Origin: a virus
DNA length: 64,000 bases
Virus record (IMG/VR): IMGVR_UViG_3300022217_000231
Location: 1,779 to 65,778 of that record
Strand: one strand, 5' to 3'
In this document: positions 1 to 7,619 of the stretch, piece by piece
Layout of the letters: every line of letters begins with the position of its first letter
Numbering within the stretch: position 1 is the stretch's first letter
The notes under the pieces: model-generated
What the model was told of the DNA's origin: nothing
The model's database searches: none
The model's input: the letters and a program-made list of their open reading frames with translations, nothing else
Position numbers and translations under genes: made by a program

Positions 1-40
1 AATTTAAATCGTAAAATAAAAAATTATTAATTAATTATAG

Positions 41-475
41 TTAATCTTCACCATCTTCATTAACGCTATTTATTATTTTACTTATAATTTCTTCTGAAGT
101 TGCTATCACTACTTGACTATTATTTATATGTGGATTAGTTCCAGAATCACTTCTAGGCTTAGATTCTTTTTCAGCTTTATTTAACATCATCAATGTATTT
201 AGAGCTTTATCTACTCCAGAAATCAACGTACTAACTGCTTCACTATTCCTAGGAATAGTTTCTTCTTGTTGTGCTACAATAGCTTTATCTAAGGCAGTAT
301 TAGCTTTATCTACTAGAGTTTTCAAATTAGATCGAATAAAATTAGAATCTGGTAAGTTTTCAATTGCAGTTTCAGGAAGATTATTAGAATCTTCCTCAAT
401 TATCACTAATTCTTTATCTTCATTCTTTTCTATAGGATCTACATTAAATATTTCTTCTAATCCTGATGCTTTCAT
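41..475 (-). CDS. gp16: Terminase small subunit (T4 gp16-like)
   Basis: D-x-x-F-I-R-x-N-L...AL..A.....PR..E.V..L helical core and C-terminal N-x-V-V-I-A-T-S-E-E motif resemble T4-like gp16; follows gp13-14-15 in the same transcription direction. Confidence 0.65.
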   Translation of the reverse strand: MKASGLEEIFNVDPIEKNEDKELVIIEEDSNNLPETAIENLPDSNFIRSNLKTLVDKANTALDKAIVAQQEETIPRNSEAVSTLISGVDKALNTLMMLNKAEKESKPRSDSGTNPHINNSQVVIATSEEIISKIINSVNEDGED

Positions 476-484
476 AATTCTTTT

Positions 485-694
485 TTATTCATTTAACATT
501 AATTCTCTTTGATTAGGAGGGACTTCACACAGTAGACTGTCTACATTTTTATTATTTTCTTGAGTGTTATCATCAGATACTTCTATCCAACCCTTTCCAG
601 TACAACCATTGCAAATAACTTCAATATTTCTTTCTAATTCCTTAATTGTTTGATTTCCACTTCCTTGACAAACAGGGCAAATTTCCGCATGCAT
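485..694 (-). CDS. Small zinc-finger protein (DnaJ-type CxxCxGxG repeats)
   Basis: CPVCQGSG and CNGCTGKG motifs. Confidence 0.6.
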   Translation of the reverse strand: MHAEICPVCQGSGNQTIKELERNIEVICNGCTGKGWIEVSDDNTQENNKNVDSLLCEVPPNQRELMLNE

Positions 695-745
695 ATATTT
701 CTCCTATTTTTTAATAATTTTAAGTTTTAAATATTATTATATAAT

Positions 746-1957
746 TTAAAATAATTCTAGCCATGTTAAAGCAACTTTGACTTCAGTTGATTGATCTGAA
801 CTTGCTGTTATTACTAAATTTTCACCAGGATTAATATTAACATCAAATGGTATTGTAAAATTATCAGAAGAATTTTTGGATAATTCAAAAATAAATAATT
901 CAGTACCACCTGCACTTGTAGATACTGTAGTACCATCAATATCATATTCAGTAGTAGAGGTATTTAAATTAATATTATTATAATTAACTGGCCCGAATAC
1001 CTCAGCATTTAATAAAACTCTAAATTCAACATCTTTATTTCCTTCATTTGTTACTGATAAAAATTTTGGTTTAATTCTAACTCTATTTATTATTGAATGA
1101 TATATACTTTTATTTCTAACTGTTAAAATATTATTTTCAGTAGTAATTCCAGATTTAGTATTACTTTTAGATTTTATAAGAGATGATGCAGTATGCTCAT
1201 CTCTGCCTTCTATAAATGCCCCCATTGATGAAGTGTTCAGTTGAATATTAGTAGTATTAGTAGTATTTTCTACTTTAGCATATAATGGTAAAGTAGGATT
1301 ATGAATAGATGTATCAATATACGTATTAGCATATCGTATAGTATGAATTAATATTAATTTACCATTGATAGGATTTTCAATATAGTATTTTATTGCTCCA
1401 TACCCTAACCATTGATATCTAATTTGAAATACATTACCTTTAGTAAAATCTATTAATGGTAATACATTATTTCCATTAGCTAAATCACCGTTCCAATTAG
1501 TTTGAGGAACCCAAAATTCAGCTCCATCATGTCTCCTCAAAACTCCAAATGTTTCATCTATACATCCTACGAAAAATCCATCTAAATCATCTCCTATTCC
1601 AATTAATTGAGAAGATCCGGATATCCCAGGAGTAAATACAGCAGTAAATCTGGCTAATGCACCTTGTCCAGGATTATATTTTAAAGTTCTTTTAGATTCT
1701 AATTTAGCATAACTATTACTATTAGCACTAGTTTGTAAAATAGCTTTAGTATTAGCTTGAGTTACTATACCTGTACCAGAAGTTGAAATTGTTACCAAAT
1801 CAAGATTTATATTATATGGAAATTGTAATTGAACTCTAGGAACAGTTTCAGCTACTAGCAATTCATCAAATGCTGTTTTTTGTTGATCTTGTTCCGATAT
1901 AGCATTAAATATAGAATCTAATTTTCCTAAATTATTATTAGTATTATTTTCTGCCAC
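746..1957 (-). CDS. Putative virion structural protein (beta-rich)
   Basis: 403 aa, Thr/Asn/Ser-rich; YNPGQGALARFTAVF...G.F motif of a type common in large-phage structural genes; located in the neck operon. Confidence 0.5.
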   Translation of the reverse strand: MAENNTNNNLGKLDSIFNAISEQDQQKTAFDELLVAETVPRVQLQFPYNINLDLVTISTSGTGIVTQANTKAILQTSANSNSYAKLESKRTLKYNPGQGALARFTAVFTPGISGSSQLIGIGDDLDGFFVGCIDETFGVLRRHDGAEFWVPQTNWNGDLANGNNVLPLIDFTKGNVFQIRYQWLGYGAIKYYIENPINGKLILIHTIRYANTYIDTSIHNPTLPLYAKVENTTNTTNIQLNTSSMGAFIEGRDEHTASSLIKSKSNTKSGITTENNILTVRNKSIYHSIINRVRIKPKFLSVTNEGNKDVEFRVLLNAEVFGPVNYNNINLNTSTTEYDIDGTTVSTSAGGTELFIFELSKNSSDNFTIPFDVNINPGENLVITASSDQSTEVKVALTWLELF

Positions 1958-1968
1958 TCCTTATCTCC

Positions 1969-2199
1969 TTATTTATTAAATAAAGCTTTTGATGTATTAT
2001 AAATCCATTCAGCTTGTTTAGGAGCAAATGATTTTTCTTTTTTATAATAATTCATAATTCCATTGGCCATTTTTAGCATTTCTTTACTTTCATCATTAGA
2101 TGATTTTTTTAAAGTACCTATAATAGCTTCTAAAGTTCCTTTTGCTTTATCTATTGAATTTTCATTTAATATATTTTCTATCTTTGTTAATATGTTCAT
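1969..2199 (-). CDS. Small protein with MNILTKIENILNE leader (putative capsid-internal protein)
   Basis: Leader shared with ORFs at 9329, 11564, 12296, 12561 and 48910; late promoter immediately upstream. Confidence 0.5.
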   Translation of the reverse strand: MNILTKIENILNENSIDKAKGTLEAIIGTLKKSSNDESKEMLKMANGIMNYYKKEKSFAPKQAEWIYNTSKALFNK

Positions 2200-2218
2200 T
2201 ATTATTCCTTTTTTAAAT

Positions 2219-2226
2219 TATTTATA
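2219..2226 (-). promoter_or_regulatory. T4-type late promoter TATAAATA
   Basis: Minus strand reads TATAAATAATTTAAAAAAGGAAT upstream of ORF 2199. Confidence 0.7.
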
Positions 2227-2231
2227 AAATC

Positions 2232-2996
2232 TTATGGTATTTCCGAAATCCAAGTGTCTTCTAACACATTAAAATTACTAGGATCAGAACCACTAACAAC
2301 ATATGAATAAGTTGTTAAATGTACAGCACTAGTTTCTGGAACTAAACTACTATCATAAAATTCAGCTTTAACATTTTTAATTATAGAACTAGCTAAAATA
2401 GGACGATAAAACCAACAATCTACATCAAATGCTAATTCACATTCTATTCTTTTTATTTCTCCCTCTTCAACTTCATCTATAAAATTTGGTTCTATTGAAA
2501 CCAAATTTACTTTTATATCTCTTGTAAATTCTGGTAGAAAACTAAATTCTTGAATAGTAATTGTTTCATATGGTGTAAATTGTGGTAAAATTTGTTCTAA
2601 TATATTTTCCATTTCAGATAAACTCTTAGAAATAATAGATAAAGAGTATGATATTGTATATGGAACATGTCCAATTATTTTTTGTATACTTTCAGAAGTA
2701 CCATTAAAATATTTCATTAATGGTTGCAAATGACCACCTCTACTTTTAGTAGAATTTTTAGAGATGGCAGTAATTATAATTGACATCATAGGTAAAAATT
2801 TGTTAAAATCTGATTTAGATACTTTTGAAATACTAGATAAAAATTTACCTTTATGACCAAATACAATTGGTACTTGTCTATAATTAATAACAGTACCATC
2901 TGAATTTAATTTAGCTACTTGCAATTCATTAAATATAGATATAACTGCTATATTAATTTTACGTAATATTTGAGGAAAGAAAAATTGACGACTCAT
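2232..2996 (-). CDS. gp15: Tail terminator / sheath stabiliser (T4 gp15-like)
   Basis: F.F..I.RK...A..S.FN.L.V; VPI.FG.K.KF; LP.MS; P.PY.I.Y.L.I..K.......I.EQILP.F.P; typical gp15 pattern and synteny. Confidence 0.85.
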   Translation of the reverse strand: MSRQFFFPQILRKINIAVISIFNELQVAKLNSDGTVINYRQVPIVFGHKGKFLSSISKVSKSDFNKFLPMMSIIITAISKNSTKSRGGHLQPLMKYFNGTSESIQKIIGHVPYTISYSLSIISKSLSEMENILEQILPQFTPYETITIQEFSFLPEFTRDIKVNLVSIEPNFIDEVEEGEIKRIECELAFDVDCWFYRPILASSIIKNVKAEFYDSSLVPETSAVHLTTYSYVVSGSDPSNFNVLEDTWISEIP

Positions 2997-2997
2997 A

Positions 2998-3195
2998 TTA
3001 TTTTTCCTTTTGTATTTTTAATCTAATTGCTTCTTCTAATTTAATAGCCATATTTGTTTTTGAATGATCTGGTATAGAATTAAGATTATTTAAGGACTCA
3101 ATAAGTGACCATTTTTTCTTAAGTTTATCCTCAAAGGATTTTTCCATCTTTTTTTTAATAATTGTTGATGTACGTATATAATTTTTGAATCCCAT
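2998..3195 (-). CDS. Small hypothetical protein
   Basis: 65-aa ORF abutting gp15; KKW.LIE..N.L..I...SK..MA.KLE segment. Confidence 0.5.
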   Translation of the reverse strand: MGFKNYIRTSTIIKKKMEKSFEDKLKKKWSLIESLNNLNSIPDHSKTNMAIKLEEAIRLKIQKEK

Positions 3196-3245
3196 ATTAT
3201 CTCTTTATTTTAAATTATTTACATATTGTATAATAGAAAAACAGT

Positions 3246-3695
3246 TTAAATCTCATTTTCTATTTTATCTAGAGCTTTTCTAGTATCAATAGGATTAAAA
3301 CTATTTATTTCTCTATAAATATAGTTGCCATTAAATTTATATCCTATAGTAGTTTCTAAAATAATACCAAAATTTTTACTATTTTTTATAATATAGTGTT
3401 TTTGAGAAGTCGATAGTGGGCTATAAAATTCAAAATTTAACGAATTGCCGTATTTTTTATATCTTATGCTATTTGTTTCTTTTAAAAATTTATATAATCC
3501 TTTATCTTTATCTTTATCAATATTTAAGTCACTATTTATATCTCTATGATCTAATCCTTTAAAATTTAAAAATTTACCATTTGATAATAAAAAATTTGGA
3601 GTAGAGAATATTCTTTTAGAACTAAGACCATAAAAATTTATAGCTTTCTGTAATAAATTTTTTTTTGATTCTATTAAAAATTGTTTAAATTTCAT
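3246..3695 (-). CDS. Hypothetical protein with MKFKQFLIE leader (putative capsid-internal protein)
   Basis: Leader resembles T4 internal-protein targeting peptide MKTYQEFIAE. Confidence 0.55.
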   Translation of the reverse strand: MKFKQFLIESKKNLLQKAINFYGLSSKRIFSTPNFLLSNGKFLNFKGLDHRDINSDLNIDKDKDKGLYKFLKETNSIRYKKYGNSLNFEFYSPLSTSQKHYIIKNSKNFGIILETTIGYKFNGNYIYREINSFNPIDTRKALDKIENEI

Positions 3696-3698
3696 ATT

Positions 3699-4280
3699 TT
3701 ATTCCCAGTCACCAAATGGATCAATATCACCTGGTTTTTCTATTATAAAATCGGCAGCTGAAACTATATGACTAGTTCCATCATTAAATAGTGGATCTTC
3801 ATCTTCATAATCTTCAATTCCAATATTTGGGGTAACTTCTTCTCCTGAAATATCAGCTGGTTGAAGTAATAATTTATAAGCAAATTTATATTCTAAAAAA
3901 ACCCCTTCATCATCTTTAACATCAGCTATCTGAAATAGTCTACCTGAATAATTAAATTTAATAAAATCACCTTCGTTAGGTCTTTCATCATCACCGACAG
4001 TTTCTTCGAAATAATTCTTAGATAAAATTACTTCTGTTTCGTCGACATCTTCTATTCCAAAACGTGTTAGAATAGAAATCTCATCCATTGTAGTACCATG
4101 GACTTTCATATCATATCTAGCTGATATGAGCGGCTTGGTGTCATCCAAATATAATGAATCCTTCTCAGCATCTCTATCTACTCGCATGTAAGAAATCGAT
4201 AATCCATATAAATTTATTCTTTCATCTAATACTTTAGCAAATAAATTTCTATCTTTAGTATTTGTGATATCAAAACTCAT
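3699..4280 (-). CDS. gp14: Neck protein (T4 gp14-like)
   Basis: E.I..YG....Y..V......D.LY.DD....; RFGI...D.....LSK..F......RP.EGD.I.F......LF.I..V; C-terminal DPFG.W; lies between gp13 and gp15. Confidence 0.85.
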   Translation of the reverse strand: MSFDITNTKDRNLFAKVLDERINLYGLSISYMRVDRDAEKDSLYLDDTKPLISARYDMKVHGTTMDEISILTRFGIEDVDETEVILSKNYFEETVGDDERPNEGDFIKFNYSGRLFQIADVKDDEGVFLEYKFAYKLLLQPADISGEEVTPNIGIEDYEDEDPLFNDGTSHIVSAADFIIEKPGDIDPFGDWE

Positions 4281-4726
4281 TTAATTCCCATTAATTTGAA
4301 TAGATACTTTCTAACGTCCGTGCCATCTTCTAATTTATTAACTATAGTTTCAGGAACTATAACTCCCAAATAAATTTGATTTCTTGATGATCCTAATGTA
4401 CAATCAATAACTTTATTATTTTCAATATTCCAAGCATGTAGGGAGAAATTTATAAATTTCTCCCCTATAAGCAATCTTTCTACTACTTTCTTATCAAAAA
4501 CTACTCCAACAGATAATTTTATATTAGGGTTTTCTTTAGCTTTTTTTAAAGAATTAAGATAACATAATTGATCTATAGTTCCCTTTACTGATCCCTTTAT
4601 TTTATCAAATAATTGAAAATTTTTAGGTATAGGATACGATCCATAATTCTTATAAACTACATTCCATTTATCTATAATTTCTTTAGCAGTGAATTTATTT
4701 TCTAATAAATATTTTTTAAATCTCAA
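4277..4726 (-). CDS. Hypothetical protein with MRFKKYLLE leader; possible papain/transglutaminase-like Cys-His-Asp fold
   Basis: LCYLNS...HAWN...VIDCT spacing of a C-H-D triad. Confidence 0.45.
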   Translation of the reverse strand: MRFKKYLLENKFTAKEIIDKWNVVYKNYGSYPIPKNFQLFDKIKGSVKGTIDQLCYLNSLKKAKENPNIKLSVGVVFDKKVVERLLIGEKFINFSLHAWNIENNKVIDCTLGSSRNQIYLGVIVPETIVNKLEDGTDVRKYLFKLMGIK

Positions 4727-5226
4727 ACGTATATTACCTCAACTAAATTTTTTAATTTAACAGGACTTTTAGTATGTACTTCTGTTAAAGCATAATATTG
4801 AAAATCATTTTTATTTCCATTAATAGCTACCCAATTATCATATAAAGTTCTTTCTTTATTTAATAAATTTTCTTTTCTTTGGCCGCTAGGAATAAAATTT
4901 TTAGTAGAACTAAATTTAAAAACTAATACCACTCTTTTTCCTAATTTATCTGGATTTGGTCTTTTTTGTTTTTCAAAATTATACTCTCCTCCCATAAAGG
5001 AATATCCTTTGGCTGTATATGGATCAGGTGTTAAAAATACCTTACCATGTACTCCTAAATGATCAAATGCGACAGTTGGTTTTAGAGCTTTATCTTGTTT
5101 TATGCTATCAAATATTTTTTCTCTAGTACCATGAAATAAATATATAGGCTTATCTTCCCACCATCCAACATGGTTATATTTTTTAAGTGCTCCTGATGCT
5201 TCTTCTAAATATTCTTTAAATCTCAT
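4723..5226 (-). CDS. Putative ADP-ribosyltransferase-fold protein with MRFKEYLEE leader
   Basis: YLFHGT...I...G/K.L.P...G.VFLTPDP..A..Y...VVL.F...TEV pattern typical of HGT-type ART domains. Confidence 0.5.
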   Translation of the reverse strand: MRFKEYLEEASGALKKYNHVGWWEDKPIYLFHGTREKIFDSIKQDKALKPTVAFDHLGVHGKVFLTPDPYTAKGYSFMGGEYNFEKQKRPNPDKLGKRVVLVFKFSSTKNFIPSGQRKENLLNKERTLYDNWVAINGNKNDFQYYALTEVHTKSPVKLKNLVEVIYV

Positions 5227-5233
5227 ATATTTT

Positions 5234-5986
5234 TTATCCTACCATAAATCCCAATGGGCTAGCATATTTTTCTATTAATTCTTCATCTAATTTTTCTTTA
5301 TCTAATTTCCCTTCTTCTAAATACATGCTAGCATTTAAAGTAGAACCGTCAGGTAACGGAGTTCCTTCATATTTACCATATATTAATCCTAATGAAATTT
5401 TAGATAATGCTAAAACATATTGTTTAATCCATATTTCATTATATAAAGGAGAAGAACCTGTTCCAGGATCATATTCAGTATATATTTCTAAAACTCCAGA
5501 GTGATTTTCTGCAGGTATAGGAGTAACAGTTAAAGTATTACCATATTTATTATATTGAAGAAAAAATGAAACTGTTAATAAATTTCTAGACATTTCTACA
5601 TATTGCATACCTAATTCATATGTTGTTAACCCAGAATAACCACCTGTATCCCAAAGTAAATTATCAAAAGCACCCTGATTATATAAAATATTCATACTAG
5701 AAAATGGAGTATTAATTCCTCCAGAAGCAGTATCAGATTCAAAATTACTAACACATTTAGTTCCCGATGGTAAATTATAAGTATCAATTCCAGCTGATAA
5801 AGTTAATACATAAGCACTAGAATAGATAACATCCTCACTATATTCTGAAAACTTTTGTATGGCGGTGTCAATGTGTTGCTCTATCGCTGAATCGCTAAGC
5901 TCCACATTAACGGTATTCCCGCCTATTTCACGATATATCCAATTTACTAATTGAAGCTTAGTTGTTACATTACCAGATACTGCCAT
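5234..5986 (-). CDS. gp13: Neck protein (T4 gp13-like)
   Basis: L...I.R.IGG..VNVEL....I...ID.A...F.EY; W.K.Y.LA..K...G....KY....LP.G..LN.......EG..D...L.EEL......P.GF..G. Confidence 0.9.
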   Translation of the reverse strand: MAVSGNVTTKLQLVNWIYREIGGNTVNVELSDSAIEQHIDTAIQKFSEYSEDVIYSSAYVLTLSAGIDTYNLPSGTKCVSNFESDTASGGINTPFSSMNILYNQGAFDNLLWDTGGYSGLTTYELGMQYVEMSRNLLTVSFFLQYNKYGNTLTVTPIPAENHSGVLEIYTEYDPGTGSSPLYNEIWIKQYVLALSKISLGLIYGKYEGTPLPDGSTLNASMYLEEGKLDKEKLDEELIEKYASPLGFMVG

Positions 5987-7157
5987 TATAATATGTTACC
6001 TATCCTTTTTAATATTTCTTCCTTATTGTCTTTCCATTCATAATCGAATATTTCTATATATTCGCATCCATACTTTTCTATCATATGTTGCTTCTTAATT
6101 TGATCTCGTATATAAGTGTCCTTTAAGCTACCACCAAATGGACAAGTTTCATCTATATTATTTTCAACTAGCTGATCATATTTCTCTTTATTAATATGCC
6201 AACATGAACCATGATATTCTATAACTAAAATAATATTTTTAGTATCTTTTAGTCTAATTACGAAATCATATGCACCTGCCTTTATTTCAGGTTTATTAAT
6301 ATATTGAGTCCATTCTCTTTTATTTTTATCATTATCGTCACCATAATATAATTCATAATTCATATTTTGATCTAAATAAAAATGACTAATTATTTCTTTA
6401 ATCATATTAGTAGCTTCTTTAGATTTACCAGTCATATAATTACCATTTAATGCTCTAGTTTCAGCAGATAGATAACCTCCCTTAGTATAACTTGTTAATC
6501 CATTTTCATCTTTAATTTTTCTGGTTTTTACCATTTTTATAGTACCTATTTGAATACTATCAAGGCCATTTTCATCTATATTATTCTTTTTAGATGCTAC
6601 TACTTTATATGCTATAGTTTTACTTATTGTCATTCCGGTAACAGGATCTATATTCTTTTTAGTTTTACTAGATTTTAGCGCACCTCTTTGAAATCCATTA
6701 TTACCATTTTCATCTATATTATTTAGATTACCTTCTCTGCTTTTTTCACCACGTATTTTACTTTTACTTTTACCTGTAATTGGATCTACTTGAGACCATA
6801 ATTTACTATTATAAGCACCCATTCTTTCATAAGAATTTAACCCATTTCATCTACATCGTCTCTTTTATATTTTGTTATACATTCAGCATTGCCACAAACA
6901 GTAGAATATCCTGTTTTAAATCCATAAAAGTTTACTAAACTATCACAATATTTACATAATTGAATAGAATTTAAATTATGTACTATATGATAAATTCTTT
7001 CAGCTATAGTATGTTTTCTATCTAAATAAAAAGTTATAATATTTAAATCCTCGTATTCTTTTTTAAATCTACGTTTAAAAATAGCTGAACTATTTCTATC
7101 CCAAGGTCTTCCATCTAGATAAATTTTAATACATTCACTTAATTCTTTCCTATTCAT
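5986..7157 (-). pseudogene. Frameshifted homing endonuclease (Zn-binding N-domain, DENG/DPxTG repeats, Vsr/EDxHD-like nuclease); ORFs 6837-7157 and 5986-6822 are one gene
   Basis: C-terminal YDF.I......VIEYHGSCWH..........D..K......G...I.I...EW. Adding one A at ~6845-6847 joins the ORFs as VDENGLNSYERMG, matching the downstream IDENG/KDENG repeats. Confidence 0.65.
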
Positions 7158-7173
7158 TTGTTCTAACTCCTTA

Positions 7174-7181
7174 TATAAATA
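7174..7181 (+). promoter_or_regulatory. Late promoter TATAAATA pointing into structured-RNA copy A
   Basis: Exact octamer 6 nt upstream of the motif's P1 stem. Confidence 0.55.
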
Positions 7182-7186
7182 TTTTT

Positions 7187-7253
7187 ATAGAGGGACAGTA
7201 GGCAACTAACTCCGCCTATGATTATATGCACCCACATATAATCTTACCTCTAT
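7187..7253 (+). ncRNA. Candidate structured RNA, three-way-junction motif copy A
   Basis: P1 ATAGAGG/CCTCTAT, GA, P2 CA(g)TAGGC/GCCTATG, P3 ATTATATG/CATATAAT, CTTA. Confidence 0.6.
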
Positions 7254-7259
7254 TTTAAT

Positions 7260-7267
7260 TATTTATA
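7260..7267 (-). promoter_or_regulatory. Late promoter TATAAATA for the homing endonuclease / neck operon
   Basis: Minus strand TATAAATAATTAAAA. Confidence 0.65.
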
Positions 7268-7290
7268 TAAAGTAATTTTTAAACAAATAG

Positions 7291-7325
7291 AAAGGCCTCG
7301 TTAATTCATTTTAACGAGGCCTTTT
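7291..7325. terminator. Rho-independent, likely bidirectional terminator
   Basis: AAAGGCCTCGTTAA-ttcatt-TTAACGAGGCCTTTT perfect 14-bp hairpin with A/T tracts on both sides. Confidence 0.8.
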
Positions 7326-7532
7326 CGAATATTAAATGATTATGAATATTATCTAGAAGACAAACATTATCATAGCAATATCTAATCCAAAACCATAATA
7401 TGCCCACCATGGGGGTTAGTTATTATCTTATAACTTTCTAATGTAGAACCTAATATACCATATATAATAACTAATATAAATATTGCGATTACTTTATACA
7501 TTTTTCAATCTCCTTATTAATTTTTAATTTAT

Positions 7533-7561
7533 ATTATATAATATCATAAAACAAAAGTCAA
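7533..7561 (-). promoter_or_regulatory. sigma70-type early promoter module (copy 1)
   Basis: TTGACT-17 bp-TATAAT followed by AAGGAGATTGAAAAATG; drives a ~39-aa hydrophobic ORF (MYKVIAIFILVIIYG...). Confidence 0.8.
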
Positions 7562-7574
7562 GTAAATAATAAAA

Positions 7575-7582
7575 TATAAATA
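7575..7582 (+). promoter_or_regulatory. Late promoter for gp17
   Basis: TATAAATAATTAAAAA upstream of 7620. Confidence 0.7.
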
Positions 7583-7619
7583 ATTAAAAAGTAAGTCAAT
7601 GTAACTAAAAAAATATTAT

